A stretch of DNA of 64,000 nt, taken from assembly GCA_030867685.1 (NCBI GenBank), contig JAQOWU010000003.1:248001-312000 (forward strand), written 5' to 3'. The position numbers and the translations under genes are program-made. Below, in pieces: positions 50,466 through 61,894 of this stretch (positions are counted from its first letter, which is position 1; each line of letters begins with the position of its first letter). The notes under the pieces were generated by a model. It was not told where the DNA came from, made no database searches, and was given only the letters and a program-made list of their open reading frames with translations. This stretch comes from Wickerhamiella versatilis (Eukaryota).

Positions 50466-51516
50466 CAATGCAGCATCAGCTGCCAATTAATAACTATTAT
50501 TCCGCTAATTCCGCTTACAAAGGATATCTAAGCCATCAGCCTATTTTTGGCTTAAAGACCTATTTACGATCTCAATGTTGATCTCGCTGCACTAAGCCCA
50601 CGTATTAGCTTGCTATCTACTCTTGTCAAGCGGGCAGCTCGAGGATGTTCTTTTCGTCACCCTCTTCCGCGCCGACGTATCATAAACTTGAATTTGTCCT
50701 AGAAATAAATTTTGCACGCTATAAGACATATGAGTATCCTTTCTTGAATCAATTTGTTCATCCCAGGCGCAACTTTTATCAGAGTGTTTTGGATGGAGAC
50801 TGACTCCGTTACTATCGTCCTTGGCTCGATCAACGCATTTTAAATACTTCTTACATATATATAAGTAATTGAAATCCAGTATCGTAAGCCCACAAACTGC
50901 CGCTGGAAACCACTTTAGAAAGCTAATTATATAATAGCGCCTGTGACCGTTTAGGATAGCACTTGTGATACTCCTATTTGGCGACTTACCACTGTTTTTA
51001 TGATAGTTTCTTCAACGTAACGGCTGGATTGATACTTCTAGATACTACCGAGCTGTTCTCAAACAATAAGGAGTAGAGTGGCTCTGAACCGTTGGCAGCA
51101 GTTACGGCGTGCTGTACGGGAACACTTTCTATGCTTAAATAGAGCGAGTGGTCTTCATAGCCAATAGAATATTCAATTGCGTAAACATAACCGTAAACAT
51201 AAATATATGATAAGATTGACGATCTCGCTAGCCATTCCTAATCGAGTAATATGCCGAAAGTCGCAAATGAGGCAGAAAACGGGGATGTCGATTCCCCTAC
51301 TATAATGAAGCTAAGTTGCTTTTTACTCCTGTTATCCAATATAAAATTAAAAATTTACATATAATATTTATGGGACTTTGAGAGGTTGTTATCCAGTTTT
51401 CCGTGCATATCATACCCGGCATTACCGTATTACTAATACATCTGGCAGGTCATCCGTATTACAAAATACGTGCAGATGCACAACTTAAAAGGCACAGATG
51501 GGCGCCTGTGCAACAA

Positions 51517-52878
51517 ATGAAATTTGGTATTGTATTACTGGCGACTACTCTTGCAGCCCCCACTAGCAGTAATTCAACCTGGCCCTCACAATGTGGCCCT
51601 GAATGTCAAGCCATTGTGAAACAAGCCCTAGGGTCAGAGCTTTCGGAGTTGGCCTCGAATGTGTCTACTGATCCCTTCTACCAAACACCAGATAACTTCT
51701 CATCGTACTCACCAGGTGAAGTGGTTCGTTGGCAAGACCTGGTAAAGGTCCAGGCGGAAGGTCCTGGTGCACCGGCCAATACAACTTTTGCAGTGCCTAT
51801 GAGTATGTCACTGTCTCGATTTATGTACGTTTCAGAGGATATCAATGGTACCAAGATTCCTGCTACCTCCTTCGTGCTGTTGCCCTACACAAGTTCAGTG
51901 GGTACGAACTCCACACTGCCGACTATTGCATGGACCCATGGAACATATGGCATGGGACGGCAATGCACCGCCTCGAATAATGCAGAACTCTGGTATAGCT
52001 GGGAGGGTCCATTTGCACTCGCTCAGGCTGGTTATGCGATAGTAGGACCGGACTACTCGGGACTAGGAACGAGTATCCCTGGTGGATTCAAGTATGAGGC
52101 TGGGTGGTTGCATGCAATTGATACTAGCTACGCTGTCCAGGCCGCCCAATCAAAGTTGAAGAAGAAAATCTCAAAGGACTGGGTTGTGGTAGGTCACAGC
52201 GAAGGTGGACAGGCGGCATGGCGCACCAACGAATACCAAGGAAGCATTGGTGGTGGTCCTGAGACTAATGGCTTCCTGGGTGCAGTCTCCTGTGCTCCTG
52301 CACTCCAGACCAGGAAACTAATTCCAGCAACGTGGGATAGCGTCCAAGGGGGACCTGTGGGTAATGGTGAGGAGATGATCTACCTAGAAACTCTTGCCCG
52401 GACATACCCCGATCTCATAAAGGTTGAAGACTACGCTACTGAAGACTTCATTAAGGGAGTGAACTCTGTTAAAGCGGGCTGTCTTCCCTCATGGCAAACC
52501 CTTTTCACTAATTTTACTGTCAAGGACTTGTACACGAATACCTCGTGGCCATTTTCTGAAGCAGCCATCAAGTATGAAACGGAACTCAACAAACCTGAGC
52601 CACATAAGCTAGCAGCACCTATGCTCGTCCTTCAAGGCCTGGGTGACCTGATTGTACGGCCAAATACCACTATTTCAGCTTTCAAGTCGACCTGCTCAAC
52701 CTTTTCTAAAAGTACGGCTGCAGAACTCCGCCTTTTCCCTTATCTCAACCATGATCCCCTTATGTATGCGGGAATGCCCCAAATAGTTGCATGGGTGAAG
52801 GATCGCTTCGATGGTGTTCCAGTTAGCCTGGGCTGCACATCACGCACTGAGACTCCAGAAGTCCTTCTGGAGCAATAG
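51517..52878 (+). CDS. Secreted lipase/esterase (LIP-type alpha/beta hydrolase)
   Basis: ATG 51517 with signal peptide; WTHGTYG, GPDYSGLG, GHSEGG nucleophile elbow, LQGLGDLIV, NHDP. Confidence 0.85.
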   Translation: MKFGIVLLATTLAAPTSSNSTWPSQCGPECQAIVKQALGSELSELASNVSTDPFYQTPDNFSSYSPGEVVRWQDLVKVQAEGPGAPANTTFAVPMSMSLSRFMYVSEDINGTKIPATSFVLLPYTSSVGTNSTLPTIAWTHGTYGMGRQCTASNNAELWYSWEGPFALAQAGYAIVGPDYSGLGTSIPGGFKYEAGWLHAIDTSYAVQAAQSKLKKKISKDWVVVGHSEGGQAAWRTNEYQGSIGGGPETNGFLGAVSCAPALQTRKLIPATWDSVQGGPVGNGEEMIYLETLARTYPDLIKVEDYATEDFIKGVNSVKAGCLPSWQTLFTNFTVKDLYTNTSWPFSEAAIKYETELNKPEPHKLAAPMLVLQGLGDLIVRPNTTISAFKSTCSTFSKSTAAELRLFPYLNHDPLMYAGMPQIVAWVKDRFDGVPVSLGCTSRTETPEVLLEQ

Positions 52879-53014
52879 TTATACACTGATAGACTGTGCT
52901 ATGAACTGTAGAATTCAAACCCTGATGTTTTTTTAAGTAGCCCATACATATGCACTCCGTTAAGAATAGTGGCTTTCCCACCGTTGCTGGCCTGCTGAGG
53001 GGAGCGGCTGGGGT

Positions 53015-53024
53015 ATCACGTGAT
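53015..53024. promoter_or_regulatory. bHLH/Cbf1-type palindrome ATCACGTGAT upstream of tricalbin (another TCACGTGA at 2586-2593)
   Basis: Exact palindrome ~210 bp upstream of the ATG. Confidence 0.4.
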
Positions 53025-53234
53025 GTGTCATATCATTTTATGTGTTGCGAATATTGGAAGACCAGGGAGAGCCAGAGCAGAAAACCCAGTCGTAGTGACG
53101 TAATTGACAACCGCTACCCGTCTTCTTTCGTATGAATTTAAGTGCTAGGTCAAATCAGATACAATCTCAGATTGCCCCCTTCCGCTATATAAAATATATT
53201 ATTCAGCGGTTACAGGTTGAACCATCTCTCGCCA

Positions 53235-56200
53235 ATGGAAGGAAGTAGCCAACGAGATTCCTGGCCTGACGAAAGCGAGGATATAGGTTTTCATGAAAAG
53301 GACTCAGAAGACCCATCTTTACTTGATCATATGATGGAAATTGGGGACTTTCTAAAGCCATATATCAAGTTAACGTCAACAGAGAAAAACAGACGCTCCC
53401 TAGATTCAGACACCACAGATATGGACGATAGTGTGGGGAGTGCTACTGCGCATCAGCAAAGTGGTACTGGTGGTACTGGAGACCGAGTGCCCGAAAGCAT
53501 ATATTCTGACCTTGATAGTTTAACGAGATTGAGTGAGAGCCAGCAGCATCTTTCTCCAGGTTTGAGTAGTTCCTCCCAGGAATTGAGGCCGCAGCGGTCA
53601 AATTCAGTGAATACCAAGGCAATGGGTGGCTATGCCAAAGATCTGGCCAACTCAGCACTTCGGAGTTCCTTGAAATACGGGGCTAAATCGATCCGCAATA
53701 GGTACGGAGCCGTCCCACCAGTGGCTGATCGTTCCAATGAGAAAAGGGCTAGTGAAGAAACAGAAAGGAGTTCTGGAAGAGTATCTATGGAATCGTCTGA
53801 AAGTGACCTGAGTGGAGGTGGAGAACTGGCCGTGAAAGACCACTCGGACTCGCGGCCCGGAGATGCTGTGAGGGTCCGCCAGCCCAAAACCCAATCCACG
53901 ACACCAGATATAGATGCGGCAAGATATCGTAAGAAATTCAGGACTCGTGAAGAGCAAATTAGGCATCAAAGAGAACTACGGGCAGAGCTCGTGGGATGGC
54001 ATCAAATAGGCGGGTGGGATAGTCCTTCGCATTCAAATAGTTCGAAGGATAATTCTGATCTCCTGCACAGAAGAACATTTCTGGACGATTACATTTCTGA
54101 TAGATTCCTAGGGGACTGGTATCAGAATACTATTCTTATAGTGGTTTCCACGGCTGCAGGATGGTTCTTGGGACACCTGGGAATGGGTATTTCGTATATT
54201 TCGATTGTATTAGCTTTCACGGCCACTGCGTATAGATCCTCGATGCGCAGAGTGCGCAGAAACTGCCGGGATGACCTTATGCGGGCCCAAGCTCTGCGAA
54301 GAATTGAGAAGGAAAGTGAAACAATGGAATGGCTTAATTCATTCATGACGAAATTTTGGTTGATTTATGAACCCTCGCTCAGTATGACAATCGCACAAGT
54401 CACTAACGAATTACTAGAGGAGCAAAAGCCTGGATTTATTGATCAAATCCAGCTCGACCATTTCACCCTGGGATCAAAGGCGCCTAGAATAGATCTCATT
54501 AGGAGCTTCCCAAAGACCGACCCGCAGGAGGTGGTCATTGATATGGCAGCCAGCTTCACGCCCAACGATACTTCTGATTTAACTGCCCGGCAACTACAGG
54601 AAAAAGTAAATCCGAAAGTAAAACTGGGAATCCGGCTTGGCAAGGGCTTTTTGAAAAAGAAATTTCCCATCCTCCTCGAAGATATGAGCTTCAAGGGAAA
54701 AATGCGATTCCGAATCAATATGATTAACACATTTCCACATATAAAGACGATTGAGATGTGCTTTTTGGATCCTCCCGATTTTGATTTCGTCCTTAAGCCT
54801 ATAGGTGGTGAAAAATTCGGTTTCGATATCAAAATTATCCCAGGTCTGAGTGAGTTCATAAAGCAGGTGGTTGATACAAATTTGGGACCCATGGTATACT
54901 CTCCAAATACCTTCCAGCTGAATGTGCAGCAACTTATAGCTGGTGTTGGTGTGTTGAGTGGAGTGGGGGTTGTGGGTATAAATATAAAGGCTGCTTATGA
55001 TCTACTTCCTGATTCAGGTGGTACCGTTGAGGCCTATGTTCGACTCGTCAACAAAGATAAGAAAGAACTGGCTAGGAGCAGGGTCAAAAAAGACTCGCGC
55101 AACCCAGTATGGGAGGAGTATCTCTACGCTATTGTTACAAGCCTGAATGAGGTTTTCCACCTGGAGGTTTGCAATTTCCAGGAAGGAGCATTGAACTATG
55201 CTATTGGCTCCACGTCGTTCTCTGTTGACAATGTGCCTGCTGATATGACCAAAGAGGTCATTTATAACGGAGGATCACCAAAAGGTGAACTTGAGTATAT
55301 GGCTCGGTTCTCAGAGATCCAGATGCCTCAAGGTGACGATCAGGTTCAGGCTAGGCGTAGTCGTGATATGAAATCTGGAATTCTGCACTTGACCGTTGTC
55401 GGCGCACGTCAATTGGATACCAAATCGTCTCGGGTTGCGCACTTGAGTCCGTTTTGTGATATCGAACTAGACGGAAAGCTTATCGACTCCACTAAAACTA
55501 CCAGTGGAACTGATAGCCCGGAATGGAACCACAGTGCTGAATATATTGTTCACAATAAGGCTGCCAGTAAAATTACTTTCCGTGTACGCAATGGGCGGTC
55601 ACGCTTCTCTTCGACAATTGGCTTGTTCAGAACACGGCTGGTGGATTTGCTGGCTAGTAACGAGCGAGGAATTGATTATTTCAATCTAAGTGATTCAACT
55701 GGTCAGATATTTCTACAGACACAGTGGAAACCTGTAAGTATTTTGGGGACTGATTCAGAATCTTATCTTGAGCCGATTGGGGTGGTCAGGCTAGCAATCT
55801 CTTCTGCTGTGGATCTGCCGGAAAAGGGACGCATCATTGGTCCCTATTGCAGAGTTTCTATTGGTCAAGAAGAAGTTTATAGAACTCCTCATGGATCTAA
55901 CGCGCGAAATCCGGTGTGGGATGGAATTAAATACTTGCCAGTCCAATCAGAAACACAAACAATGACATTTGAGGTCATGAATTCGAGAAAACATGGCAAG
56001 CACCTCACAATAGGGAGTTTTCAAGTTCGCCTTTCCTCTATTGTCCATAAGGATAGTCTTGGAAATTACAAATTATTTTCTGCCAACCGAAAATTCGCTA
56101 GCAAGTTTTATAGCCCTGGTGGTGCTTGCCAAGGTCTACTATGGTACACTATGGACTTCTTTCCTTGCATTCGTGTGATATCTCCCTCGGAAAAGGAGCA

Positions 56201-57593
56201 TAAGTTACAAGAAAAAGCGAAGATAGACGAAATTCGGAAGGTAGCCATTGAGAATGAGGGTCTTAGTGAATCGTTGAAGGAGGAGCTAAAACTCCGAGAA
56301 GAGCGTTTGGATCTGGCTACCGTTGATCTTTCCCTAGAAAAACAGCTTCAGTATCATAGCGGCATTTTTGCTTTCTCAATATTATCTGCAAAAAATATTG
56401 ATGATGGAATGCGGCTGGTGATATTTGCCAACAATCTTCCTGCACCCATATTTAGCAGTCCACCGGCCCAGAGAACCAAGCTCAGTATCGAGGGAAGTAC
56501 AGGGGACTTTGTGAGCAGACAAATTAACCTGAGTAGCATACGACTGGTCATCAGTGAAAATTCTGACGGGTCTGATCCCCAATACGAGAGAACTCTTGGC
56601 TGCTTTGAACTGATGCGGGCTGCGTTTGACTTCCCTTGTGTGTTTGACCTTGGTCGACCTTCTATAGAGCTTCAAGCGCGCCTGTTCCCTCTACCAGAGC
56701 TCCATACAGATAACCTCGGGGACATTAGTCGGACTGGTTCCATCATAGTTGAGCTTCTTGGTGCAGTTAATCTTCCAAGCGCAGACAGATCTGGACTGTC
56801 GGATCCTTATGTTAGGTTTTATCTTGCCGGTGACCGCGACTGTATGTATATGTCTGATGTCGAGAAGAACACCTTGAATCCAGTATTCAATGAAAAATTC
56901 AGATTTGATGTTGGGGATGTTGCAAGCTCTACCCTTAAGGTTTTCGTTTACGATTGGGACTTAGGGAGTCGTGACGATTTGCTGGGAGGATATATCTTTA
57001 AACTGGAAGATCTCACTCCGCTAGTCTGGAAAGAATATGAGGTAGAACTTCACCATGTCAAATCCAAACGAGATATCTTCAATTCAAGGAAATCAGGAGG
57101 TGTTCTTAAGCTCCGGATGAAATTTGCACCGGGCTATCTTAACTCTGACCATGGGACCAAACTGGTGGGCTCAAAATCGGTGTCAAGAGTTGCGGGTGGT
57201 GCACGTAGGACTGTTCCAGCCCATATGCACTTAACTGAGCATGCTGATACGGAAACCTTCGTAGTAAGTGTCATGAAAATGTCTGTAACAAACATTAACT
57301 CTTGTCCAAAAGAAGTACAGATTCGCACATATCTTATAACGCATTCCGAAAAAGAGGTCTTCAGATCGAAAACCTTAAAGATTGAAGAAGCATGTGAGAG
57401 CATTAAGGAAGACTTTGAAGTGGTCGCTAATGAAGGGCATTTCCTTGGTGTCAAGGTGGTCTCCGTAAATGCTTTTGGAAGGCATAAAGATATTGGTCAG
57501 GCAGCAGTTAAACTTGTCCCAGGGGAGCAGAAAGCGGAACTAGGCAAGGACTTATCTGTTTTACTTACTGTAACACGAGCTGAGCCGGCTTGA
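53235..57593 (+). CDS. TCB: Tricalbin (ER-plasma membrane tether: TM hairpin, SMP domain, multiple C2 domains)
   Basis: GDWYQN + TM, ESETMEWLNSFMTKFW.IYEP (SMP), FTLGSKAPRI, several C2 domains including ADRSGLSDPYV..YDWDLGSRDD. Confidence 0.93.
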   Translation: MEGSSQRDSWPDESEDIGFHEKDSEDPSLLDHMMEIGDFLKPYIKLTSTEKNRRSLDSDTTDMDDSVGSATAHQQSGTGGTGDRVPESIYSDLDSLTRLSESQQHLSPGLSSSSQELRPQRSNSVNTKAMGGYAKDLANSALRSSLKYGAKSIRNRYGAVPPVADRSNEKRASEETERSSGRVSMESSESDLSGGGELAVKDHSDSRPGDAVRVRQPKTQSTTPDIDAARYRKKFRTREEQIRHQRELRAELVGWHQIGGWDSPSHSNSSKDNSDLLHRRTFLDDYISDRFLGDWYQNTILIVVSTAAGWFLGHLGMGISYISIVLAFTATAYRSSMRRVRRNCRDDLMRAQALRRIEKESETMEWLNSFMTKFWLIYEPSLSMTIAQVTNELLEEQKPGFIDQIQLDHFTLGSKAPRIDLIRSFPKTDPQEVVIDMAASFTPNDTSDLTARQLQEKVNPKVKLGIRLGKGFLKKKFPILLEDMSFKGKMRFRINMINTFPHIKTIEMCFLDPPDFDFVLKPIGGEKFGFDIKIIPGLSEFIKQVVDTNLGPMVYSPNTFQLNVQQLIAGVGVLSGVGVVGINIKAAYDLLPDSGGTVEAYVRLVNKDKKELARSRVKKDSRNPVWEEYLYAIVTSLNEVFHLEVCNFQEGALNYAIGSTSFSVDNVPADMTKEVIYNGGSPKGELEYMARFSEIQMPQGDDQVQARRSRDMKSGILHLTVVGARQLDTKSSRVAHLSPFCDIELDGKLIDSTKTTSGTDSPEWNHSAEYIVHNKAASKITFRVRNGRSRFSSTIGLFRTRLVDLLASNERGIDYFNLSDSTGQIFLQTQWKPVSILGTDSESYLEPIGVVRLAISSAVDLPEKGRIIGPYCRVSIGQEEVYRTPHGSNARNPVWDGIKYLPVQSETQTMTFEVMNSRKHGKHLTIGSFQVRLSSIVHKDSLGNYKLFSANRKFASKFYSPGGACQGLLWYTMDFFPCIRVISPSEKEHKLQEKAKIDEIRKVAIENEGLSESLKEELKLREERLDLATVDLSLEKQLQYHSGIFAFSILSAKNIDDGMRLVIFANNLPAPIFSSPPAQRTKLSIEGSTGDFVSRQINLSSIRLVISENSDGSDPQYERTLGCFELMRAAFDFPCVFDLGRPSIELQARLFPLPELHTDNLGDISRTGSIIVELLGAVNLPSADRSGLSDPYVRFYLAGDRDCMYMSDVEKNTLNPVFNEKFRFDVGDVASSTLKVFVYDWDLGSRDDLLGGYIFKLEDLTPLVWKEYEVELHHVKSKRDIFNSRKSGGVLKLRMKFAPGYLNSDHGTKLVGSKSVSRVAGGARRTVPAHMHLTEHADTETFVVSVMKMSVTNINSCPKEVQIRTYLITHSEKEVFRSKTLKIEEACESIKEDFEVVANEGHFLGVKVVSVNAFGRHKDIGQAAVKLVPGEQKAELGKDLSVLLTVTRAEPA

Positions 57594-57736
57594 AATATCA
57601 GTGAAATATTGAAATTAAATTAAATCATTTTGATACTATTTGAGACTTAGTTTATAAACCATTTGTTATTTATAAGTTTTCACTGGGATATCAGATGACA
57701 TATTATTATCAGCATATCTACGATTACTAAGGTAAT

Positions 57737-59274
57737 ATGCGAGCAAGTGTCTGTGTCTGTCTCATAAATTGTGTCCTAGCATTTGCAAACCAGGTGCCTT
57801 TGTCAAAGGATAAGACTGCTTTAAATCCTCAACTGGTGTCGGATGCCTGGCTTCACGCGTTTGGAAGCCCCCCAACTCGTGGTGACAGCGAGTTCGCTCA
57901 ACGCTACCTTCAAGACCTTAATTTCCCAGAACAGAAATCGCGATCGCGAGGCCCGTTTCAAGTCACAAAGGCTACTATGGATTATGAGCATGTTTCCGAA
58001 ATCCATCCGAATTATAAAATTAGAGTCAAGGATCCGTCAAAGCTTGGCCTCGATGATGTGAAACAATATACTGGATACTTGGACGTCCTGGATGAGGATA
58101 AACATTTTTTCTTCTGGTTTTTGAATCCAGGAATGATCCTCAAAATGATCCAGTTATCCTGTGGCTCAATGGTGGTCCAGGCTGCTCATCGACTACTGGT
58201 GAATTTTTTGAGCTTGGACCTTCTTTATTCACAGTTAATGGAAGCCTGAAGTACAATGAAAACTCCTGGAATACTAATGCTACGGTGATCTTCCTTGATC
58301 AACCTGTCAATGTCGGATACAGTTACAGCTCAGAGCGAGTTGGCAGCAGTCGAGCCGCAGCCGAAGACGTTTACAGTTTCTTGTCCTTGCTATTCGAAGC
58401 CATGCCGGAATATAACTCTGGACAAGAATTCCATCTAGCTGGCGAGAGTTACGGGGGCCACTATCTACCAGCAATTGGACGTGCAATTTTAGAGCACCCA
58501 GAGCGTAATTTTAATCTCAGTTCAATCGTTCTTGGCAATCCAATAACTGACCCAAGATATCAGGTGGAGGCTTCAGTATCTATGATGTGTGGGGAGGGTG
58601 GTTATCCGGCTATATATGAGCCAGAAAATTGTACCGACCTGTACAGAAAAGTACCCCGCTGTGAAATGCTTTACCAGCAATGCCAAGACTCGCAGAGTTG
58701 GCTAATGTGCTTGGGTGCTCAGCTTTATTGCGGTACAATAAAGGAGCCATTTTTCAAGACCAAACGCAACTATTATGACATTTCGCAGGTTTGTACTGAA
58801 GAGGAGCCTTGCTATCCGGAGATGGACCATATTGACAAATTCTTGAACGAAGAGCGGGTCAAAAATATTGTGGGAGCTGAGGTATCTTTCTTTGAAGGCT
58901 GCAGCAGTTCAGTATCATCTGATTTTTCGTTCACTGCCGATAGAGCTCGAAATTTTGCACCAGATCTCTCCTTCATATTGGACAGTGGCGTTCCCGTCCT
59001 TCAAGTGAGTGGCAAACTCGATTATGCCTGTAACATCCTGGGATCTCGTAGGTTTCTCCCGAAGCTTCAATGGACTGGGGCGTATGAGTTCAATAAAGAC
59101 TACTTAAGTCCCTGGATCCTAGATGACGAGGTGGTGGGCTGGAGTAAGTCCGCACTAAATCTACTTTGCTATCTTGAAATTGAAGGTGCCGGACATATGA
59201 TTCCACATGATAAGCCTGAAGTTATGCACACTGTCATCACTCGCTGGCTCCAGGGATATCGGTCGTTTTATTGA
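57737..59274 (+). pseudogene. PRC1: Carboxypeptidase Y-like (S10) gene with a 1-nt deletion frameshift in a T run at 58118-58122
   Basis: [17 protein letters not shown] in one frame continues as [23 protein letters not shown] in the next frame; GESYGGHY, GKLDYACN, GAGHMIP. Adding one T restores a single ORF. Confidence 0.85.
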
Positions 59275-59857
59275 CCTTAACTTTTCTTGTGACTTAGTAG
59301 AGTAGGAGTAATACGTAGGTTCTTAATGGTATAAATATTTGGGACATTTTTATCAAGCATTGCATTCACTTCTTCGGTGGATAACTAGTCGCTCGCTTCG
59401 TTAGGTTATCACTGCGGTAAAAAAGACGAGAATGACAAATTTTCTTTATATGCACTCTTCCTAAAAAAATGGATAGGATAGGAGCTCAATACATGTTTCC
59501 TTTTACAGTGAATTGATACGGCATTTGCCCCACACTAATGTATGACGTCGGTTTCGAGGCCGAATGGGGCGGATAAGGGTTACTCGCACGGCACTGGCGT
59601 ATTGATTTTTGCATTCGCTAGAGCAGTGCTGGGAACAAATAAAAAAAATTTTCAACGGAAAACTAAGGCTTATAACTGCCGTGTAACTAGTTCACCTTCC
59701 CTAACATATCGGCTATCCTGCATCGTCCTACCAGTCCTCGATAGTAAACATGCCGAAGAAATACGGAGGTGAATAATTACTGACATATACTGCATAGCGT
59801 GACGTCGAGCTAGATAAATAGTTTCCGAGAAAGGAATTTATTGACAAATCTTTCTGA

Positions 59858-61546
59858 ATGGATCTGGCACCATCAAATGTATCCGTTAACACATTTTCCA
59901 CGGATTGGCTCCCGCAGCCACTAGTTTCCCATTTCTTCGGAATTAGTATTGAGGCTGACAGCATTGCGAAATATGCTGAGAATGACCTCTTAAGAAATGC
60001 CCTCGAATCGCTCGGCAGGGTTGTTCCAATTCGTGTCGGTGGAATCATTAACGACCACACATTTCCTACCCCGGAACTGAACGAAACATCGAAAATGACA
60101 CACAGTAGCGATCCTGCGCAACCCAATTCCAACACGATTGTCAACTTTTATATTACCGAAAATTGGTTTGACACTTGGCTTCCTTATTACCATCCAGACA
60201 CACAATGGATATACACCCTGAACTTTGCCCACGAAGAAAATGACTGGGGCAACGCGACGTTAATGTACAATTGGGCACAGAAAAAACTTCAACCGCATGC
60301 CTTTGAGGTTGGGAATGAGGTCGACCATTATATTCATGAGGGATACCGGACTCAAAATGAATGGGGCATTTCCGAGTACGTCAGGGAGTTCAATCACGTG
60401 GTTTCCAAATTGAATTCCTCGGCAAAGTGGCAGGCTGCCGTCTTTGCAGATCCGCCGGAATGGTCTGATCAACAAAACGAGATAGATGATCTGAGCCTGG
60501 TAAACCTTACAAGGGCCGGTTTCAATCAATCATTGTACAGTGTACACATGTATCCTCAATCTAATTGCAACCCTGAGCGAATTTCGCGCTTGTCTCTTGA
60601 GCTACTATCAAATCACCAAGTTGTCTGGTCAAATGTCAGTCAGTACATCCCTCACGTTGATGCCGTGAGTCCGGGAAGTGTTGTTCTAGGTGAAACAAAT
60701 TCTGCGAGCTGCAAAGGTAAATCAGGAATAAGTGATACATTTGGCACAGCCTTGTGGCTCGTCGACTATTCACTAGCTGCGTTGTCTGTAGGAATCGAGC
60801 GATTGTATTACCACTGGGGATACCAGAATCCATATTCGGCTATCCAGCCAATTATGTACGAGATGGAGGATGAAAATGTTACGGCAGGTATCCGTGCCAA
60901 TTGGTATGGATTCCAGTTCTTGACATGGCTAGGGTCAAATACCAGCGATGCATATCACATTTTTCCGTTGAGTGGTGCAAATTACTCCGACTTCAGTGGA
61001 TATTCTATTGTATCCGATGAATCAGGCTTAGAACAGCTGGTCTTTGTCGATCTAGGTATCTGGAATTCATCAACGCATTTGTCGAACCCATGTACGCCCA
61101 GATCTGGTGACGCGAGCATTAGGTTTGCATCCAATGGCACAAGACCAACCCGTACAGTGAACGCCCACACAAATTGGACAGAAGGCAGTGAGTATGATGT
61201 GGTACGACTCACAGGACCGGGAACCAATGCCAAAACTGGGGTCCAGGTTGCAGGTTTGTCGCTAAACGATACCACGGGAACCCCTGTTGGTACCCTGGAA
61301 TTGGATTCAGGAAGAGTTGAGTCGGGGGGCATGATAAATGTAACTATGTCGAAAGCTGAGGCCATTGCAATAGTATTGAGAAGTGGCAAGGGTGCATCAA
61401 ACACATCCAATTCGAGTTCAGTGTCCATTTCGTCATTGGTCCCCAGTGCACCAACTATAACAAGTTCTTCACTAATTCAAGTTTCGAATGGGGCTTCAGC
61501 TCTTTCAATAGGAGGCTTGTCTGCGCTAGTACTTTACCTGATGTGA
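59858..61546 (+). CDS. GH79 beta-glucuronidase-like protein with Ser-rich, GPI-like C-terminus
   Basis: FGISIE, IRVGG, EVGNEVDHY, VHMYPQ, LGETNSASC.GKSGISDTFGTALWLVDY; ends SNG...GGLSALVLYLM. Confidence 0.85.
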   Translation: MDLAPSNVSVNTFSTDWLPQPLVSHFFGISIEADSIAKYAENDLLRNALESLGRVVPIRVGGIINDHTFPTPELNETSKMTHSSDPAQPNSNTIVNFYITENWFDTWLPYYHPDTQWIYTLNFAHEENDWGNATLMYNWAQKKLQPHAFEVGNEVDHYIHEGYRTQNEWGISEYVREFNHVVSKLNSSAKWQAAVFADPPEWSDQQNEIDDLSLVNLTRAGFNQSLYSVHMYPQSNCNPERISRLSLELLSNHQVVWSNVSQYIPHVDAVSPGSVVLGETNSASCKGKSGISDTFGTALWLVDYSLAALSVGIERLYYHWGYQNPYSAIQPIMYEMEDENVTAGIRANWYGFQFLTWLGSNTSDAYHIFPLSGANYSDFSGYSIVSDESGLEQLVFVDLGIWNSSTHLSNPCTPRSGDASIRFASNGTRPTRTVNAHTNWTEGSEYDVVRLTGPGTNAKTGVQVAGLSLNDTTGTPVGTLELDSGRVESGGMINVTMSKAEAIAIVLRSGKGASNTSNSSSVSISSLVPSAPTITSSSLIQVSNGASALSIGGLSALVLYLM

Positions 61547-61894
61547 TATATTATCCCCTGGTTGCTATTTTTGTCTTCCTGCGGGAAACTTACAAGGTTA
61601 CTAGATAGATAGGCGCAGATGATCTAGGACCATCTTCAGTAAAGCTGACTTGGAGCCTATGCAAAGACCACCGCCTCTATCATGCTTCGAGGACAATTCC
61701 TTTACATTTTTCATTGACCTTGGAATACATATATTGATCCAGGCAGAATTAATCGATTTAGTTTCCCTACCTCCTTTGCCTTGAATGCACTATGTGTCTC
61801 TCTGTTGATGCCGCTGAAGAGCCTACGGTACGACTGACTAGGAACCCACTAATAAATATAAAGTATATTGTACAGTTCATCCAGATTTCATTAT

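Noticed and set aside
3825-53234. GTG/TTG-initiated N-terminal extensions in the ORF track (e.g. 3825, 11430, 11735, 14354, 23790, 46541, 51403, 53217)
   Set aside because: Eukaryotic context; downstream ATGs give proper signal peptides or family N-termini.
59540-59800. Possible intron (GTATGA...TACTGAC...TAG) supplying a GH79 leader
   Set aside because: The acceptor lies upstream of in-frame stops (59819, 59855), so it cannot join the GH79 frame.
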